DNA from: Pseudoalteromonas tetraodonis
GTDB taxonomy: Bacteria; Pseudomonadota; Gammaproteobacteria; Enterobacterales; Alteromonadaceae
DNA length: 32,000 nucleotides
Direction: 5' to 3'
Assembly: GCF_002310835.1 (NCBI RefSeq)
Contig: NZ_CP011041.1
Coordinates: forward strand, 600,001-632,000
Shown here: positions 18,502-27,708 of the stretch, one piece after another
How positions within the stretch are numbered: position 1 is the first letter of the stretch
How the letters are laid out: each line of letters starts with the position of its first letter
The notes under the pieces: generated by a model
The model's input: the letters and a program-made list of their open reading frames with translations, nothing else
The model's database searches: none
Told to the model about the DNA's origin: nothing
Position numbers and translations under genes: made by a program

Positions 18502-18951
18502 GTTTATAAAATCAATCGTTTCTTCGTCGAGTATTGCCTTAGAAATGTATTGCATACCGCTTTTACTTTTTAACAATAGTCCACAATCTGTAGTAATAAT
18601 TTCGTTAATGTCGTGCCAAGCTAACTGGTAATTTTTGTAATGATTGGTTGATTTTATTCCGTCTTCGTCGAAGGTGAGAGTGACTTCAGAACCAGACGCT
18701 CTGCTTAGCATTTGCCTGGTAACCCACCATGGGCGGCGATAGTAAAAGGCGATGCATTCGAGTAGGGCTAGCATCAGCAAAAATGTACCTAGGTAATGAT
18801 CTCCTAAACCATAAATACCAAATAATCCCAATACAACAAGCAGTGCTAATAAAAAATATTTAGGTTGCGCGCGTTTACTATAAGGCAGCGATTGGTCGAA
18901 GCATTCATAAAAGTAAGGTTTATCGAGTTTATAGGTTGTCGTAAATACCAT
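18484..18951 (-). CDS. Hypothetical membrane protein (two TM helices plus YcxB/bPH-like C-terminal domain, tentative)
   Basis: 155-aa ORF. TM helices YFLLALLVVLGLFGIYGL and LGTFLLMLALLECIAFYY, followed by a soluble domain ...TLTFDEDGIKSTNHYKNYQLAWHDINEI... Confidence 0.6.
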   Translation of the reverse strand: MVFTTTYKLDKPYFYECFDQSLPYSKRAQPKYFLLALLVVLGLFGIYGLGDHYLGTFLLMLALLECIAFYYRRPWWVTRQMLSRASGSEVTLTFDEDGIKSTNHYKNYQLAWHDINEIITTDCGLLLKSKSGMQYISKAILDEETIDFINKKATQ

Positions 18952-19075
18952 GCATCTATACTTAAAAGCTATTTTTTATCATTTTAGCAAGCTATGTGGT
19001 AAATGCGCAGCTTAAAAAGAATTAATAGTTCAGAGTTTATAATTAATGGGTAGCAACTTGGCGACTAGTACTAAA

Positions 19076-19102
19076 CACAAAAAAAGCGACCAAATGGTCG
19101 CT
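19076..19102 (-). terminator. Rho-independent terminator of the small-gene pair
   Basis: GCGACC (19086..19091) / GGTCGC (19096..19101). On the minus strand it is followed by TTTTTTTGTG. Confidence 0.7.
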
Positions 19103-19120
19103 CTTTAAAAAGGGGCTGAA

Positions 19121-19312
19121 TTAGCAATTTGTTTCTTCAGCGTTGACACCTTCTTTTACTTCTTCACAGGCATCTTCTACTTTATTTTGAACATCTGTCA
19201 CGGCTTCGTCGATGCGTTCACCGGCTTCTTCTGCATGATTGTCTTCACAACCCATAATAAATGCACTTGCGAATAGGCCAATAGCTGCTGCTTTAAGTGT
19301 TGATGATTTCAT
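19121..19312 (-). CDS. Small acidic lipoprotein (63 aa)
   Basis: Signal peptide with lipobox FIMG|C (MKSSTLKAAAIGLFASAFIMGC). The mature part is highly acidic and ends in Cys. AGGA lies about 9 nt upstream. Confidence 0.6.
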   Translation of the reverse strand: MKSSTLKAAAIGLFASAFIMGCEDNHAEEAGERIDEAVTDVQNKVEDACEEVKEGVNAEETNC

Positions 19313-19359
19313 AATGTAATTCCTTGTATATAAATTTAAAAAAGTTCGTTGTTTCTTAT

Positions 19360-19533
19360 CTACCTGGGGCTTTTACCACGTAAAGCGCCAGAGACAAGTG
19401 AAATAACCAGTAAAACTAAAAAGATAAAAAATATGATCTTAGCAATTCCTGCTGCGGCTCCTGCAATACCACCAAATCCTAAAACGGCTGCGATTAGTGC
19501 GATCACCAAAAATGTAATTGTCCAGCGTAACAT
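19360..19533 (-). CDS. ytjA: UPF0391/DUF1328 small membrane protein (YtjA-like), 57 aa; absent from the ORF track
   Basis: Hand translation of the minus strand gives [63 protein letters not shown] (19545..19540) lies 6 nt upstream of ATG 19533. The sequence closely resembles E. coli YtjA ([33 protein letters not shown]...). Confidence 0.8.
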   Translation of the reverse strand: MLRWTITFLVIALIAAVLGFGGIAGAAAGIAKIIFFIFLVLLVISLVSGALRGKSPR

Positions 19534-19738
19534 TGTCATCTCCTTGATTTATCTAAGTGTTAAAGTGTTGTTTTTATATAAGCGAGTAATATGCCAGTAT
19601 TTTATTTTGTTTTAAATCAACGGTTTAACTTATCTTTTTCAGTTTGGTTTTATATTAGGTTGGTAATTTTTACGGTTTTATCTGTAACTTATTCACAGTG
19701 GTGTCTGATGAGATAATAAATAGTTTTTACAGCCGTTA

Positions 19739-19755
19739 TTTTGGTAAGACCAATT
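19739..19755. promoter_or_regulatory. Putative FadR-subfamily GntR (PdhR/LldR-type) operator, distal
   Basis: TTTTGGTAAGACCAATT. The core TTGGT-AAG-ACCAA is palindromic. It matches 15/17 to the E. coli pdhR operator AATTGGTAAGACCAATT as I recall it. Confidence 0.4.
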
Positions 19756-19939
19756 AACATTTGCTTTGGCAGTTTTTAGTGGATTAGCTCATTAGGTATA
19801 TTTTTATGTGTTTTTACAGAATATTAGGGTTTTTATATATTCTTTGTTTATAACGAACATTTTTACCATCTATATATATAGGTTAAATAAGCTATTTTAG
19901 GTGGTGTTAACCTTATTGGTGATATGTTACTTTTAGATT

Positions 19940-19956
19940 AATTGGTTTTACCAATT
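19940..19956. promoter_or_regulatory. Putative FadR-subfamily GntR (PdhR/LldR-type) operator, proximal
   Basis: AATTGGTTTTACCAATT, a perfect 7-3-7 palindrome centred about 108 nt upstream of the oadG ATG. It overlaps a possible -35 (TTTACA, 19955..19960). Confidence 0.45.
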
Positions 19957-20055
19957 TACAATGTGTAGACAAAAGAATAGTTTTTGTTACTATTGGTGAA
20001 TATTTATTTAAATAAACTGACTTTTTATGTATTCAGTTTTGAACAGGGGAGAATT

Positions 20056-20301
20056 ATGGATATAGGGGCTTTGCTCACAACTGCAGGCAATTTAATGCTA
20101 ACCGGTATGGTGGGGGTGTTTGTATTTCTTTCTTTATTGATTGGTGCAGTGACAGTTATGTCTAAGCTGGCTAGCAAATTTTCTCAGCCAGAACTTGAAG
20201 TATCACAGAGAACACCATCTTTTAAATCTCAAGGTGTGCCAAATGAGCACATCGCTGCAATTAGTGCTGCCATTGCTCAGTACAAAACAAATAATAATTA
20301 G
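20056..20301 (+). CDS. oadG: Oxaloacetate decarboxylase (Na+-pumping) gamma subunit
   Basis: Track ORF starts at 19984. I prefer ATG 20056, after GGGGAG (20046..20051). 81 aa with a single N-terminal TM helix (LMLTGMVGVFVFLSLLIGAVTVM), directly upstream of oadA. Confidence 0.85.
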   Translation: MDIGALLTTAGNLMLTGMVGVFVFLSLLIGAVTVMSKLASKFSQPELEVSQRTPSFKSQGVPNEHIAAISAAIAQYKTNNN

Positions 20302-20313
20302 AGGAGCATACCA

Positions 20314-22095
20314 ATGGCTAAATTAAAAATAACAGAGCTCGTACTTCGAGACGCACATCAGTCGCTTTTAGCTACCCGCATGCGATTAGACGACATGTTA
20401 CCTATTGCAAAAAAAATTGATGACGCAGGTTATTGGTCTATAGAGTCTTGGGGTGGGGCTACCTTTGACTCATGTATTCGTTATTTAGGCGAAGATCCTT
20501 GGGAACGTATTCGTGCGCTTAAAAAGGCGATGCCAAATACACCCCAGCAAATGTTACTTCGCGGTCAAAACTTATTGGGGTATCGCCATTATGCTGATGA
20601 CGTTGTTGAAAAGTTTGTTGAGCGCGCACACAAAAATGGCGTAGACGTATTTCGTATTTTTGATGCCATGAATGATGTACGTAACTTAGAAACTGCCATA
20701 AAAGCGGCGGTTAAAGTAGGTGCGCATGCCCAAGGTACGATTTCTTACACGGTAAGCCCAGTACACACATTGGATATGTGGCTAACACTTGCTAAGCAGC
20801 TTGAAGAATTAGGTTGCCATTCAATTTGTATTAAAGATATGGCGGGATTGCTTAAGCCTTACGATGCAGAAAAACTGATTAAAGGCTTAAAAGAAACGGT
20901 TTCAATTCCTATTGCCATGCAATGTCATGCAACAACGGGTTTAAGTACCGCAACGTATCAAAAAGCGATTGATGCCGGTATTGATATGCTCGATACGGCT
21001 GTATCGTCTATGAGTATGACTTATGGTCATTCAGCAACTGAAACAATTGCTGCAATCGTGGAAGGTACTGAGCGTGATACTGGGCTTGATTTAAACCACC
21101 TTGAAGAAATTGCAGCTTACTTTAGAGACGTACGTAAAAAGTACGCTGCGTTTGAAGGCAGTTTAAAAGGTGTTGATGGCCGAATTTTATTAGCCCAAGT
21201 GCCAGGTGGTATGTTAACTAACATGGAAAATCAGCTTAAAGAGCAAGGCGCTGCTGATAAACTAAACGAAGTATTACTTGAAATTCCACGAGTACGTGAA
21301 GATTTAGGCTTTATTCCACTCGTTACACCTACCTCACAAATTGTTGGTACTCAAGCGGTATTAAATGTACTCACTGGTGAGCGTTATAAAACCATTACCA
21401 AAGAAACTGCTGGCGTATTAAAAGGTGAGTATGGTTCAACACCTGCACCAATGAATAAAGAGCTTCAAGAGCGTGTACTTGATGGCAGCGAAGCAATTAC
21501 CTGTCGCCCTGCAGATGTGATCAAACCTGAACTTGAAACGCTTGAGGCTGAATTAAGTAAACTTGCGCAAGAGCAAGGCTTAACGCTTGCTGATGAGCAA
21601 ATTGATGATGTGCTCACGTATGCCTTATTCCCACAAATTGGTTTGAAGTTTATTAAAAACCGCAATAACCCTGACGCATTTGAACCTGTTCCTAGCGCTG
21701 ATGATAGCTCCAATAAAGCACCTGAAAAATCAGCGGCAAACAATAAAGGCGTTAAGGCTGAGCAATACAGCGTTAAAGTAGATGGCAAAGTATACGATGT
21801 CGTGGTTGCTCAAGGCGGTGAGCTTAAAGAGGTGACGCTAAAAGACTCTGAGCATATTCCACAGTCGGCATCAGTTGCTTCAGGTGAAACTCTTAATGCG
21901 CCACTTGCCGGTAATATCTTTAAAATTAAAGTAAAGCCAGGTCAGGTAGTAAATGAAGGTGATGTGGTGATTATTATGGAAGCCATGAAAATGGAAACCG
22001 AAGTACGCGCCATGCATACCGGTACAATTGCAGACGTGCTTGTCTCTGAAGGTGATTCAGTGTCAACCGGCGATGCAATGATTGCATTAGCTTAA
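20314..22095 (+). CDS. oadA: Oxaloacetate decarboxylase alpha subunit (carboxyltransferase plus biotin carrier domain)
   Basis: 593 aa. [25 protein letters not shown], and the C-terminal biotinyl domain with EAMKMETE (Lys codon 21988..21990). Confidence 0.95.
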   Translation: MAKLKITELVLRDAHQSLLATRMRLDDMLPIAKKIDDAGYWSIESWGGATFDSCIRYLGEDPWERIRALKKAMPNTPQQMLLRGQNLLGYRHYADDVVEKFVERAHKNGVDVFRIFDAMNDVRNLETAIKAAVKVGAHAQGTISYTVSPVHTLDMWLTLAKQLEELGCHSICIKDMAGLLKPYDAEKLIKGLKETVSIPIAMQCHATTGLSTATYQKAIDAGIDMLDTAVSSMSMTYGHSATETIAAIVEGTERDTGLDLNHLEEIAAYFRDVRKKYAAFEGSLKGVDGRILLAQVPGGMLTNMENQLKEQGAADKLNEVLLEIPRVREDLGFIPLVTPTSQIVGTQAVLNVLTGERYKTITKETAGVLKGEYGSTPAPMNKELQERVLDGSEAITCRPADVIKPELETLEAELSKLAQEQGLTLADEQIDDVLTYALFPQIGLKFIKNRNNPDAFEPVPSADDSSNKAPEKSAANNKGVKAEQYSVKVDGKVYDVVVAQGGELKEVTLKDSEHIPQSASVASGETLNAPLAGNIFKIKVKPGQVVNEGDVVIIMEAMKMETEVRAMHTGTIADVLVSEGDSVSTGDAMIALA

Positions 22096-22109
22096 GGAGT
22101 AATTAGAGG

Positions 22110-23240
22110 ATGGATGGTATTTTAAACCTCTGGCATGCCACAGGCATTGCTAACTTTACATTTCCTGGGCTGATCATGATTGCCGTTGGTTGTTTGTTAT
22201 TATTTTTAGCTATAGTTAAAAACTTTGAGCCGCTACTATTACTGCCCATTGGTTTTGGGGCTATTTTAACTAATATTCCTGTGGCGGGCTTATCTGACCC
22301 TGGTGGCTTACTTTATTATGTTTACTATGTAGGTATTGATACCGGAATTTTTCCGTTATTAATATTTATGGGAGTGGGCGCGCTCACTGACTTTAGTGCC
22401 TTAATTGCAAATCCGCGTATGTTGTTATTAGGTGCTGCGGCGCAGTTTGGTATTTTTGCTACCTTATTTGGGGCTATTTTACTTAACTTTATTCCAGGGT
22501 TTGAGTTTAGTTTACAAGATGCGTCAGCAATTGCCATTATTGGTGGCGCTGATGGGCCAACCGCTATCTTTTTAGCGTCAAAGCTGGCACCTGATTTATT
22601 AGGTGCTATAGCAGTGGCTGCGTACTCGTACATGGCGTTGGTTCCTATTATTCAGCCGCCTATCATGCGTGCGTTTACAACGCCTGAAGAACGTAAAATT
22701 CAAATGCCAGAACTGCGTAAAGTATCAAAAAAGGAAAAAATTATTTTTCCGCTGATGGTACTCACTTTAACTGCGCTCTTTTTACCAGCCGCCATTCCAC
22801 TGGTTGGTATGTTTTGTTTAGGTAACTTAATGCGTGAGTCGGGTGTGGTCGATAGGCTAAGTAACAGTGCTCAAAACGAAATTATTAATATAACCACCAT
22901 ATTTCTAGGACTAGCGGTAGGCTCTAAGCTTGCTGCCGAGCAGTTCTTAACAGTGGAAACCATTGGTATTTTAGTGCTGGGCGCAATGGCGTTTGCTATT
23001 GGTACGGCCTCAGGTGTATTTATGGCAAAAGGCTTAAATAAAATTTCAAAAACCCCAATTAATCCATTAATTGGTGCAGCGGGTGTATCGGCTGTTCCTA
23101 TGGCGGCTCGTGTAGTTAATAAAGTCGGTCTTGAAAATAACCCGCACAACTTTTTACTGATGCATGCCATGGGGCCTAATGTAGCTGGCGTACTGGGAAG
23201 TGCTGTTGCTGCAGGTATTTTATTAGCACTTGTTGGCTAG
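22110..23240 (+). CDS. oadB: Oxaloacetate decarboxylase beta subunit (Na+ channel)
   Basis: 376-aa polytopic membrane protein typical of OadB/GcdB/MmdB (…[11 protein letters not shown]…, …[14 protein letters not shown]…), following oadA by 14 nt. Confidence 0.93.
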   Translation: MDGILNLWHATGIANFTFPGLIMIAVGCLLLFLAIVKNFEPLLLLPIGFGAILTNIPVAGLSDPGGLLYYVYYVGIDTGIFPLLIFMGVGALTDFSALIANPRMLLLGAAAQFGIFATLFGAILLNFIPGFEFSLQDASAIAIIGGADGPTAIFLASKLAPDLLGAIAVAAYSYMALVPIIQPPIMRAFTTPEERKIQMPELRKVSKKEKIIFPLMVLTLTALFLPAAIPLVGMFCLGNLMRESGVVDRLSNSAQNEIINITTIFLGLAVGSKLAAEQFLTVETIGILVLGAMAFAIGTASGVFMAKGLNKISKTPINPLIGAAGVSAVPMAARVVNKVGLENNPHNFLLMHAMGPNVAGVLGSAVAAGILLALVG

Positions 23241-23260
23241 TAATATTTAATCCAACCATT

Positions 23261-23286
23261 AGCGCAGTTTACTGCGCTTTTTTTTG
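23261..23286 (+). terminator. Rho-independent terminator of oadGAB
   Basis: AGCGCAG-TTTA-CTGCGCT followed by an 8-T run. Confidence 0.8.
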
Positions 23287-23376
23287 CCTAAAATTTAATG
23301 TTTTAGATTAAGCGGTTTCTTGTATAGGGTTTTTTGTTTAAAGTAATCACTCTTCATTTTTTAAAAGGGCTGTCAA

Positions 23377-24348
23377 ATGTTACACACTCCGCTGGCAAAA
23401 TATTTACCCAAGGTTAGTAAGCTTGTATTTGGTTGTATGGGTTTAGGAGGTGCTTGGAATAAAGACGCCATCAACAGTGGGCACTTAAAGCAAGCTCATT
23501 CATGCATAGACGCAGCATTTGAAAGCGGGATTAACTTTTTTGATCACGCTGATATTTATACCTTAGGCAAAGCTGAGCACGTTTTTGGTAAAGCGTTGGC
23601 TGAGCGTCCTGAGCTCAGAGAACAAATGTATATTCAGTCTAAGTGTGGTATTCGCTTTGCTGATGAGAAAAACCCGCAGCGTTATGATTTTTCTGCTGAT
23701 TGGATTGAGCGTTCTGTTGAGGGCTCACTTAAACGATTAAATACCGACTACTTAGATGTGCTTATGTTGCATCGCCCCGATCCATTAATGGAGGTGGAGG
23801 AAGTTGCGCAAATATTTAGCTGTTTAAAAGAAAGTGGCAAAGTGCGTCATTTTGCAGTTTCTAATATGTCTCAACATCAAATAAGGTTTTTGCAGCGCGC
23901 TTTAGATATGCCAATTGTGGCAAATCAAATAGAGGCCAGTTTACAAAAACATCAGTGGGTTGATGAGGGCATTTATGTAGGTAATGCCGATGGTAAAGAT
24001 ATTAACTTTACCCCAGGGTGTGTTGAGTATTGTCGTGAGCATGACATTCAAATTCAGAGTTGGGGCAGTTTGTGCCAAGGTTTATACTCAGGCGGTGACC
24101 TATCAAAAGCGTCACAAGCGGATGTAAACACGAGTATTTTAGTTAGTAAGCTTGCCGTTTTATATGGCACAAGTGCAGAAGCTATTGTATTGGCATGGCT
24201 ACTTCGCCATCCTGCATCGATCCAGCCAATTATAGGCACAACTAATGTAGATCGTATTAAGGCATCGAGTGATGCAATTAATATTAACTTAAGTCGAGAG
24301 CATTGGTATGAGTTATATATTAGCGCGAAAGGCTGCGCTTTGCCGTAA
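23377..24348 (+). CDS. Aldo/keto reductase family oxidoreductase
   Basis: 323 aa. GINFFDHADIYTLGKAEHVFGKAL (catalytic D/Y/K region), LDVLMLHRPD, VRHFAVSNM. Confidence 0.85.
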   Translation: MLHTPLAKYLPKVSKLVFGCMGLGGAWNKDAINSGHLKQAHSCIDAAFESGINFFDHADIYTLGKAEHVFGKALAERPELREQMYIQSKCGIRFADEKNPQRYDFSADWIERSVEGSLKRLNTDYLDVLMLHRPDPLMEVEEVAQIFSCLKESGKVRHFAVSNMSQHQIRFLQRALDMPIVANQIEASLQKHQWVDEGIYVGNADGKDINFTPGCVEYCREHDIQIQSWGSLCQGLYSGGDLSKASQADVNTSILVSKLAVLYGTSAEAIVLAWLLRHPASIQPIIGTTNVDRIKASSDAININLSREHWYELYISAKGCALP

Positions 24349-24404
24349 GTTAATACCCGTTTCAATATTATTTAAACGAATTGGTATAATACAAAGGTGT
24401 TGAT

Positions 24405-24581
24405 ATGAATATATTTGTCATTTTAATTAGCTTAGTGATTGCTTTGGTGATCATTATTCCTTTGCTAGAAAAGTACCAAAGTAAAATGGGGCTAGAGGGT
24501 GCTACCAAATACAGCAAGTATATTTGGCCATTAGTCATGATATCTTTGGTTGTGCAGCTAATTTATGTACTTGTAAATTAA
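24405..24581 (+). CDS. Small two-TM membrane protein (58 aa), not in the ORF track
   Basis: Hand translation gives MNIFVILISLVIALVIIIPLLEKYQSKMGLEGATKYSKYIWPLVMISLVVQLIYVLVN*. AAAGGTG lies 5-6 nt upstream. The only strong terminator after the reductase gene (24606..24645) lies downstream of this ORF. Confidence 0.45.
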   Translation: MNIFVILISLVIALVIIIPLLEKYQSKMGLEGATKYSKYIWPLVMISLVVQLIYVLVN

Positions 24582-24605
24582 GATTGAAACTTAAATATCA
24601 CACAC

Positions 24606-24645
24606 AAAAAAGCCTTTGCGGGTAACCCCAACAAAGGCTTTTTTA
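24606..24645. terminator. Bidirectional hairpin terminator
   Basis: AAAAAAGCCTTTG...CAAAGGCTTTTTT with an inner GGG/CCC stem. It sits between the small ORF (+) and the M23 peptidase gene (-). Confidence 0.75.
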
Positions 24646-24662
24646 TTTAATCAGTGAAGTGG

Positions 24663-25976
24663 TTATCTAAGTGCTAGTTGTAGCTCACGATTACGCTCTA
24701 GTTGCGCGATAAAGTTATCAGCAATAGGCTTAAATTTAGCAAGCTCTGAACGAGGTAATGGTTCAGACTTAGGTAGTTTTACGGTTTTAGGGTTACGGTG
24801 AACGCCGTTAACCAAAAACTCATAATGTAAATGCGCACCGGTTACACGACCAGTTGAGCCAACAGTACCTATTTTTTCTCCCTGTTTTACCTTTTGCCCT
24901 GTTCTGACTAAGCGCTTGTTAAGGTGTAAGTACTTAGTAACATATTGAGTACCATGGCTAATAAATACGTAATTACCATTATATTTGCTATAGCCTGCTT
25001 TAATTACTTTACCATTACCCGATGATACAACTGGCGTGCCTGTGCGTGCAGCGTAATCAATGCCGCGATGTGCTTTCACTTGTCCTGTAACAGGGTGTAG
25101 GCGGCGAGGGTTAAAGCTTGAACTAATATATTTGAAATTAACAGGCGCACGCAAAAAGGCTTTTTTCATACTACGGCCTTCAGGGGTGTAAAAGTTACCG
25201 TCTGTGTGACGAATAGCGGTGTAACGCTCACCTTGGTTTATAAATTCAGCGGCAATAATTTTACCGGTGCCAATAAACTCACCGTCAACAAAATGAGACT
25301 CATAAATTAAGCCAAATTCATCACCCTTGCGAATGTCGTTAGCAAAATCGACGTCCCAACCAAATATATCGGCAAAGTTCATGATTTGGCGTTCACTTAA
25401 ACCTGCTGCAATTGCAGAGGTCCAAAAGCTACTTGAAATTTCCCCACCGGCTGTTTTGCTCAGTGTTTCTATTTCTTTGCTGTCAATTGAGGTGTCGTAT
25501 TGGCCTTCGTCATTAAGTGTGACGAATAGCGTATCCGTTTTAGAAATAACGTAGCGTAATTGAGCTAATGAACCGTCTTCGGCGGTAGCAAAGCTTAACG
25601 TTTCACCTGGGTGAATTTTAGTTAGCTTACGTGTTTCAGCGTTGGTGTTTACAAGTTTATGCAGCGTTTGCGCAGAAAAACCGGCACGCTTAAAAATAAT
25701 CGCTAAGTTGTCACCATTTTTAACTTGGTGATCGACAAAATCATATTCTGGAAGTTTTTGTGCTGCCTGCTCTGAATTAAGGTCAGTGAGTTTTTCGTTC
25801 TCACCTACTTTAATTTGTAATTCATAGCGCTTACCAATTTCTAGTGTGTTTTCACTATTGTCTTTGGATGCAGTGGCTTTTTCAGAAGGAAGAAAGGCTA
25901 AGGCAACAATAGCAGAAACCAAACCTAGAATAAGCATTTTGTGTTTTTTGGGGAGCGTGTTAACCACGTGAACCAT
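24663..25976 (-). CDS. Murein DD-endopeptidase, M23 family with LysM-like domain (MepM/YebA-like)
   Basis: 437 aa with an N-terminal TM anchor. LysM-like HQVKNGDNLAIIFKRAGFS. M23 motifs HRGIDYAARTGTPV and GSTGRVTGAHLHYEF. Confidence 0.88.
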   Translation of the reverse strand: MVHVVNTLPKKHKMLILGLVSAIVALAFLPSEKATASKDNSENTLEIGKRYELQIKVGENEKLTDLNSEQAAQKLPEYDFVDHQVKNGDNLAIIFKRAGFSAQTLHKLVNTNAETRKLTKIHPGETLSFATAEDGSLAQLRYVISKTDTLFVTLNDEGQYDTSIDSKEIETLSKTAGGEISSSFWTSAIAAGLSERQIMNFADIFGWDVDFANDIRKGDEFGLIYESHFVDGEFIGTGKIIAAEFINQGERYTAIRHTDGNFYTPEGRSMKKAFLRAPVNFKYISSSFNPRRLHPVTGQVKAHRGIDYAARTGTPVVSSGNGKVIKAGYSKYNGNYVFISHGTQYVTKYLHLNKRLVRTGQKVKQGEKIGTVGSTGRVTGAHLHYEFLVNGVHRNPKTVKLPKSEPLPRSELAKFKPIADNFIAQLERNRELQLALR

Positions 25977-26467
25977 AACGTGCCTTTTTCTGCTGTCAAG
26001 ATAATAAATAGGTTATATTGCAGGATATAACGAATAATCTGTGAATACTAGTATTTTGTAGATTTAAACTCGAGTTAAATTAGGCTAAAATCATAGGGTA
26101 TTCAGGCTGTTTGTGTTTAAAGTTGAACTGTTACACTATTTTATATTCTTGGATACTTTGCTTTTTCATCATAATGTTAAATTAGCTTATAAAACGGTTT
26201 AATTACGAGAAGTGATTAATTTGTAAACTGTTTTTAGTTTGTGATAAACACTTTTGGCGTATTATTAATCGCTCGTTTATATCCCCTTTTAGAACGTACA
26301 CCCTGCATTTTAGTTGGTGCTGCGATTAGTTAAAAAAGTTGTTCTAATTAGGTGGAAATTTGTTATGTTAGCTAAATAGTTTTATTTGCTTTGTGATAAC
26401 GCGCTAGCAATAAACCGTGAGCATATTACACCCCCTTCGTTGTCAGAATTTTTTGGAGTAACACACA

Positions 26468-27667
26468 GTGGATTTACAAACCGCTCTAGCAGAGATAAAA
26501 CGCGGTGCAGAAGAGATATTAATTGAAGATGAGTTGGTTGAAAAATTAAAGTCGGGGAAAAAGCTAAAAATTAAAGCTGGTTTTGATCCTACGGCTCCAG
26601 ATTTACACCTAGGTCACACTGTACTCATTAATAAAATGAAAACCTTTCAAGATTTAGGTCATGAGGTTATTTTTTTAATTGGTGATTTTACCGGTATGAT
26701 TGGCGATCCAACGGGCAAAAATGTGACCCGTAAACCACTTACACGTGATGACGTGCTTGCCAACGCCGAAACCTATAAAGAGCAGGTGTTCAAAATTTTA
26801 GACCCGGCTAAAACAACCGTCGCTTTTAACTCTACATGGATGGAGAAATTAGGCGCTGCGGGGATGATAAAATTAGCCGCGCGTCAAACTGTGGCGCGTA
26901 TGCTTGAGCGTGATGATTTTAAAAAGCGCTATGCTGGCGGTCAATCGATTGCGATTCATGAGTTTTTGTATCCACTGGTGCAAGGCTGGGATTCAGTCGC
27001 ATTAGAGTCAGATGTTGAGCTAGGCGGCACCGATCAGCGTTTTAACCTATTAATGGGTCGTGAGCTGCAAAAAGATGAAGGTCAAAAACCACAAACAGTA
27101 TTAATGATGCCTTTACTTGAGGGAACTGACGGCGTTCAGAAAATGTCGAAGTCACTCGGTAATTATATTGGTATTACTGATACGCCTTCAGATATGTTCG
27201 GTAAAATCATGTCAATTAGTGACGTACTTATGTGGCGTTACTACGATTTGTTAAGTAGCCTTTCTATCGAGCAAATTGCAGCGCAAAAACAGCGTGTAGA
27301 GCAGGGTACTAACCCGCGCGATATTAAAATTGAATTAGCTAAAGAGCTAATTGCGCGTTTTCACAGTGAAGCTGATGCGCAAGCTGCTCATGATGACTTC
27401 ATCCAGCGTTTTCAGAAAAAAGCCTTGCCAGATGAAATCCCTGAGCTGACAGTTAATATTGATGAAGAGTCAATTTTAATCGCTAACTTACTTAAAGAAG
27501 CGGGCTTAGTGGCGAGTACCTCAGAAGCCATGAGGATGATCAAACAAGGTGCTGTAAAGCTAAACGGCGAAGACAAAATTACAGATACCAAATTGGAAAT
27601 TGTAAAAGGCACAACGGCTATTTACCAAGTAGGTAAACGCAAATTTGCAAATATCACCGTAGCTTAA
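26468..27667 (+). CDS. tyrS: Tyrosine--tRNA ligase, type 2 (TyrZ-like) with C-terminal S4 domain
   Basis: GTG start 9 nt after GGAG (26455..26458). HIGH motif (DLHLGH), KMSKS present, 399 aa. [15 protein letters not shown] and [16 protein letters not shown] are typical of the short type-2 enzyme. Confidence 0.93.
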   Translation: MDLQTALAEIKRGAEEILIEDELVEKLKSGKKLKIKAGFDPTAPDLHLGHTVLINKMKTFQDLGHEVIFLIGDFTGMIGDPTGKNVTRKPLTRDDVLANAETYKEQVFKILDPAKTTVAFNSTWMEKLGAAGMIKLAARQTVARMLERDDFKKRYAGGQSIAIHEFLYPLVQGWDSVALESDVELGGTDQRFNLLMGRELQKDEGQKPQTVLMMPLLEGTDGVQKMSKSLGNYIGITDTPSDMFGKIMSISDVLMWRYYDLLSSLSIEQIAAQKQRVEQGTNPRDIKIELAKELIARFHSEADAQAAHDDFIQRFQKKALPDEIPELTVNIDEESILIANLLKEAGLVASTSEAMRMIKQGAVKLNGEDKITDTKLEIVKGTTAIYQVGKRKFANITVA

Positions 27668-27682
27668 AACTGCGGACATTAT

Positions 27683-27708
27683 AAAAACCAGCTACGGCTG
27701 GTTTTTTT
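27683..27708. terminator. Bidirectional terminator (tyrS / CobD-like gene)
   Basis: AAAAACCAGC-TACG-GCTGGTTTTTTT. It overlaps the stop (27709..27707) of the convergent gene. Confidence 0.8.

Noticed and set aside
19349-19615. 88-aa + strand ORF from the track ([52 protein letters not shown]...)
   Set aside because: It is the antisense shadow of a YtjA/UPF0391-like gene (19360..19533, minus strand) that has a proper SD. The + strand product is low-complexity and has no RBS.
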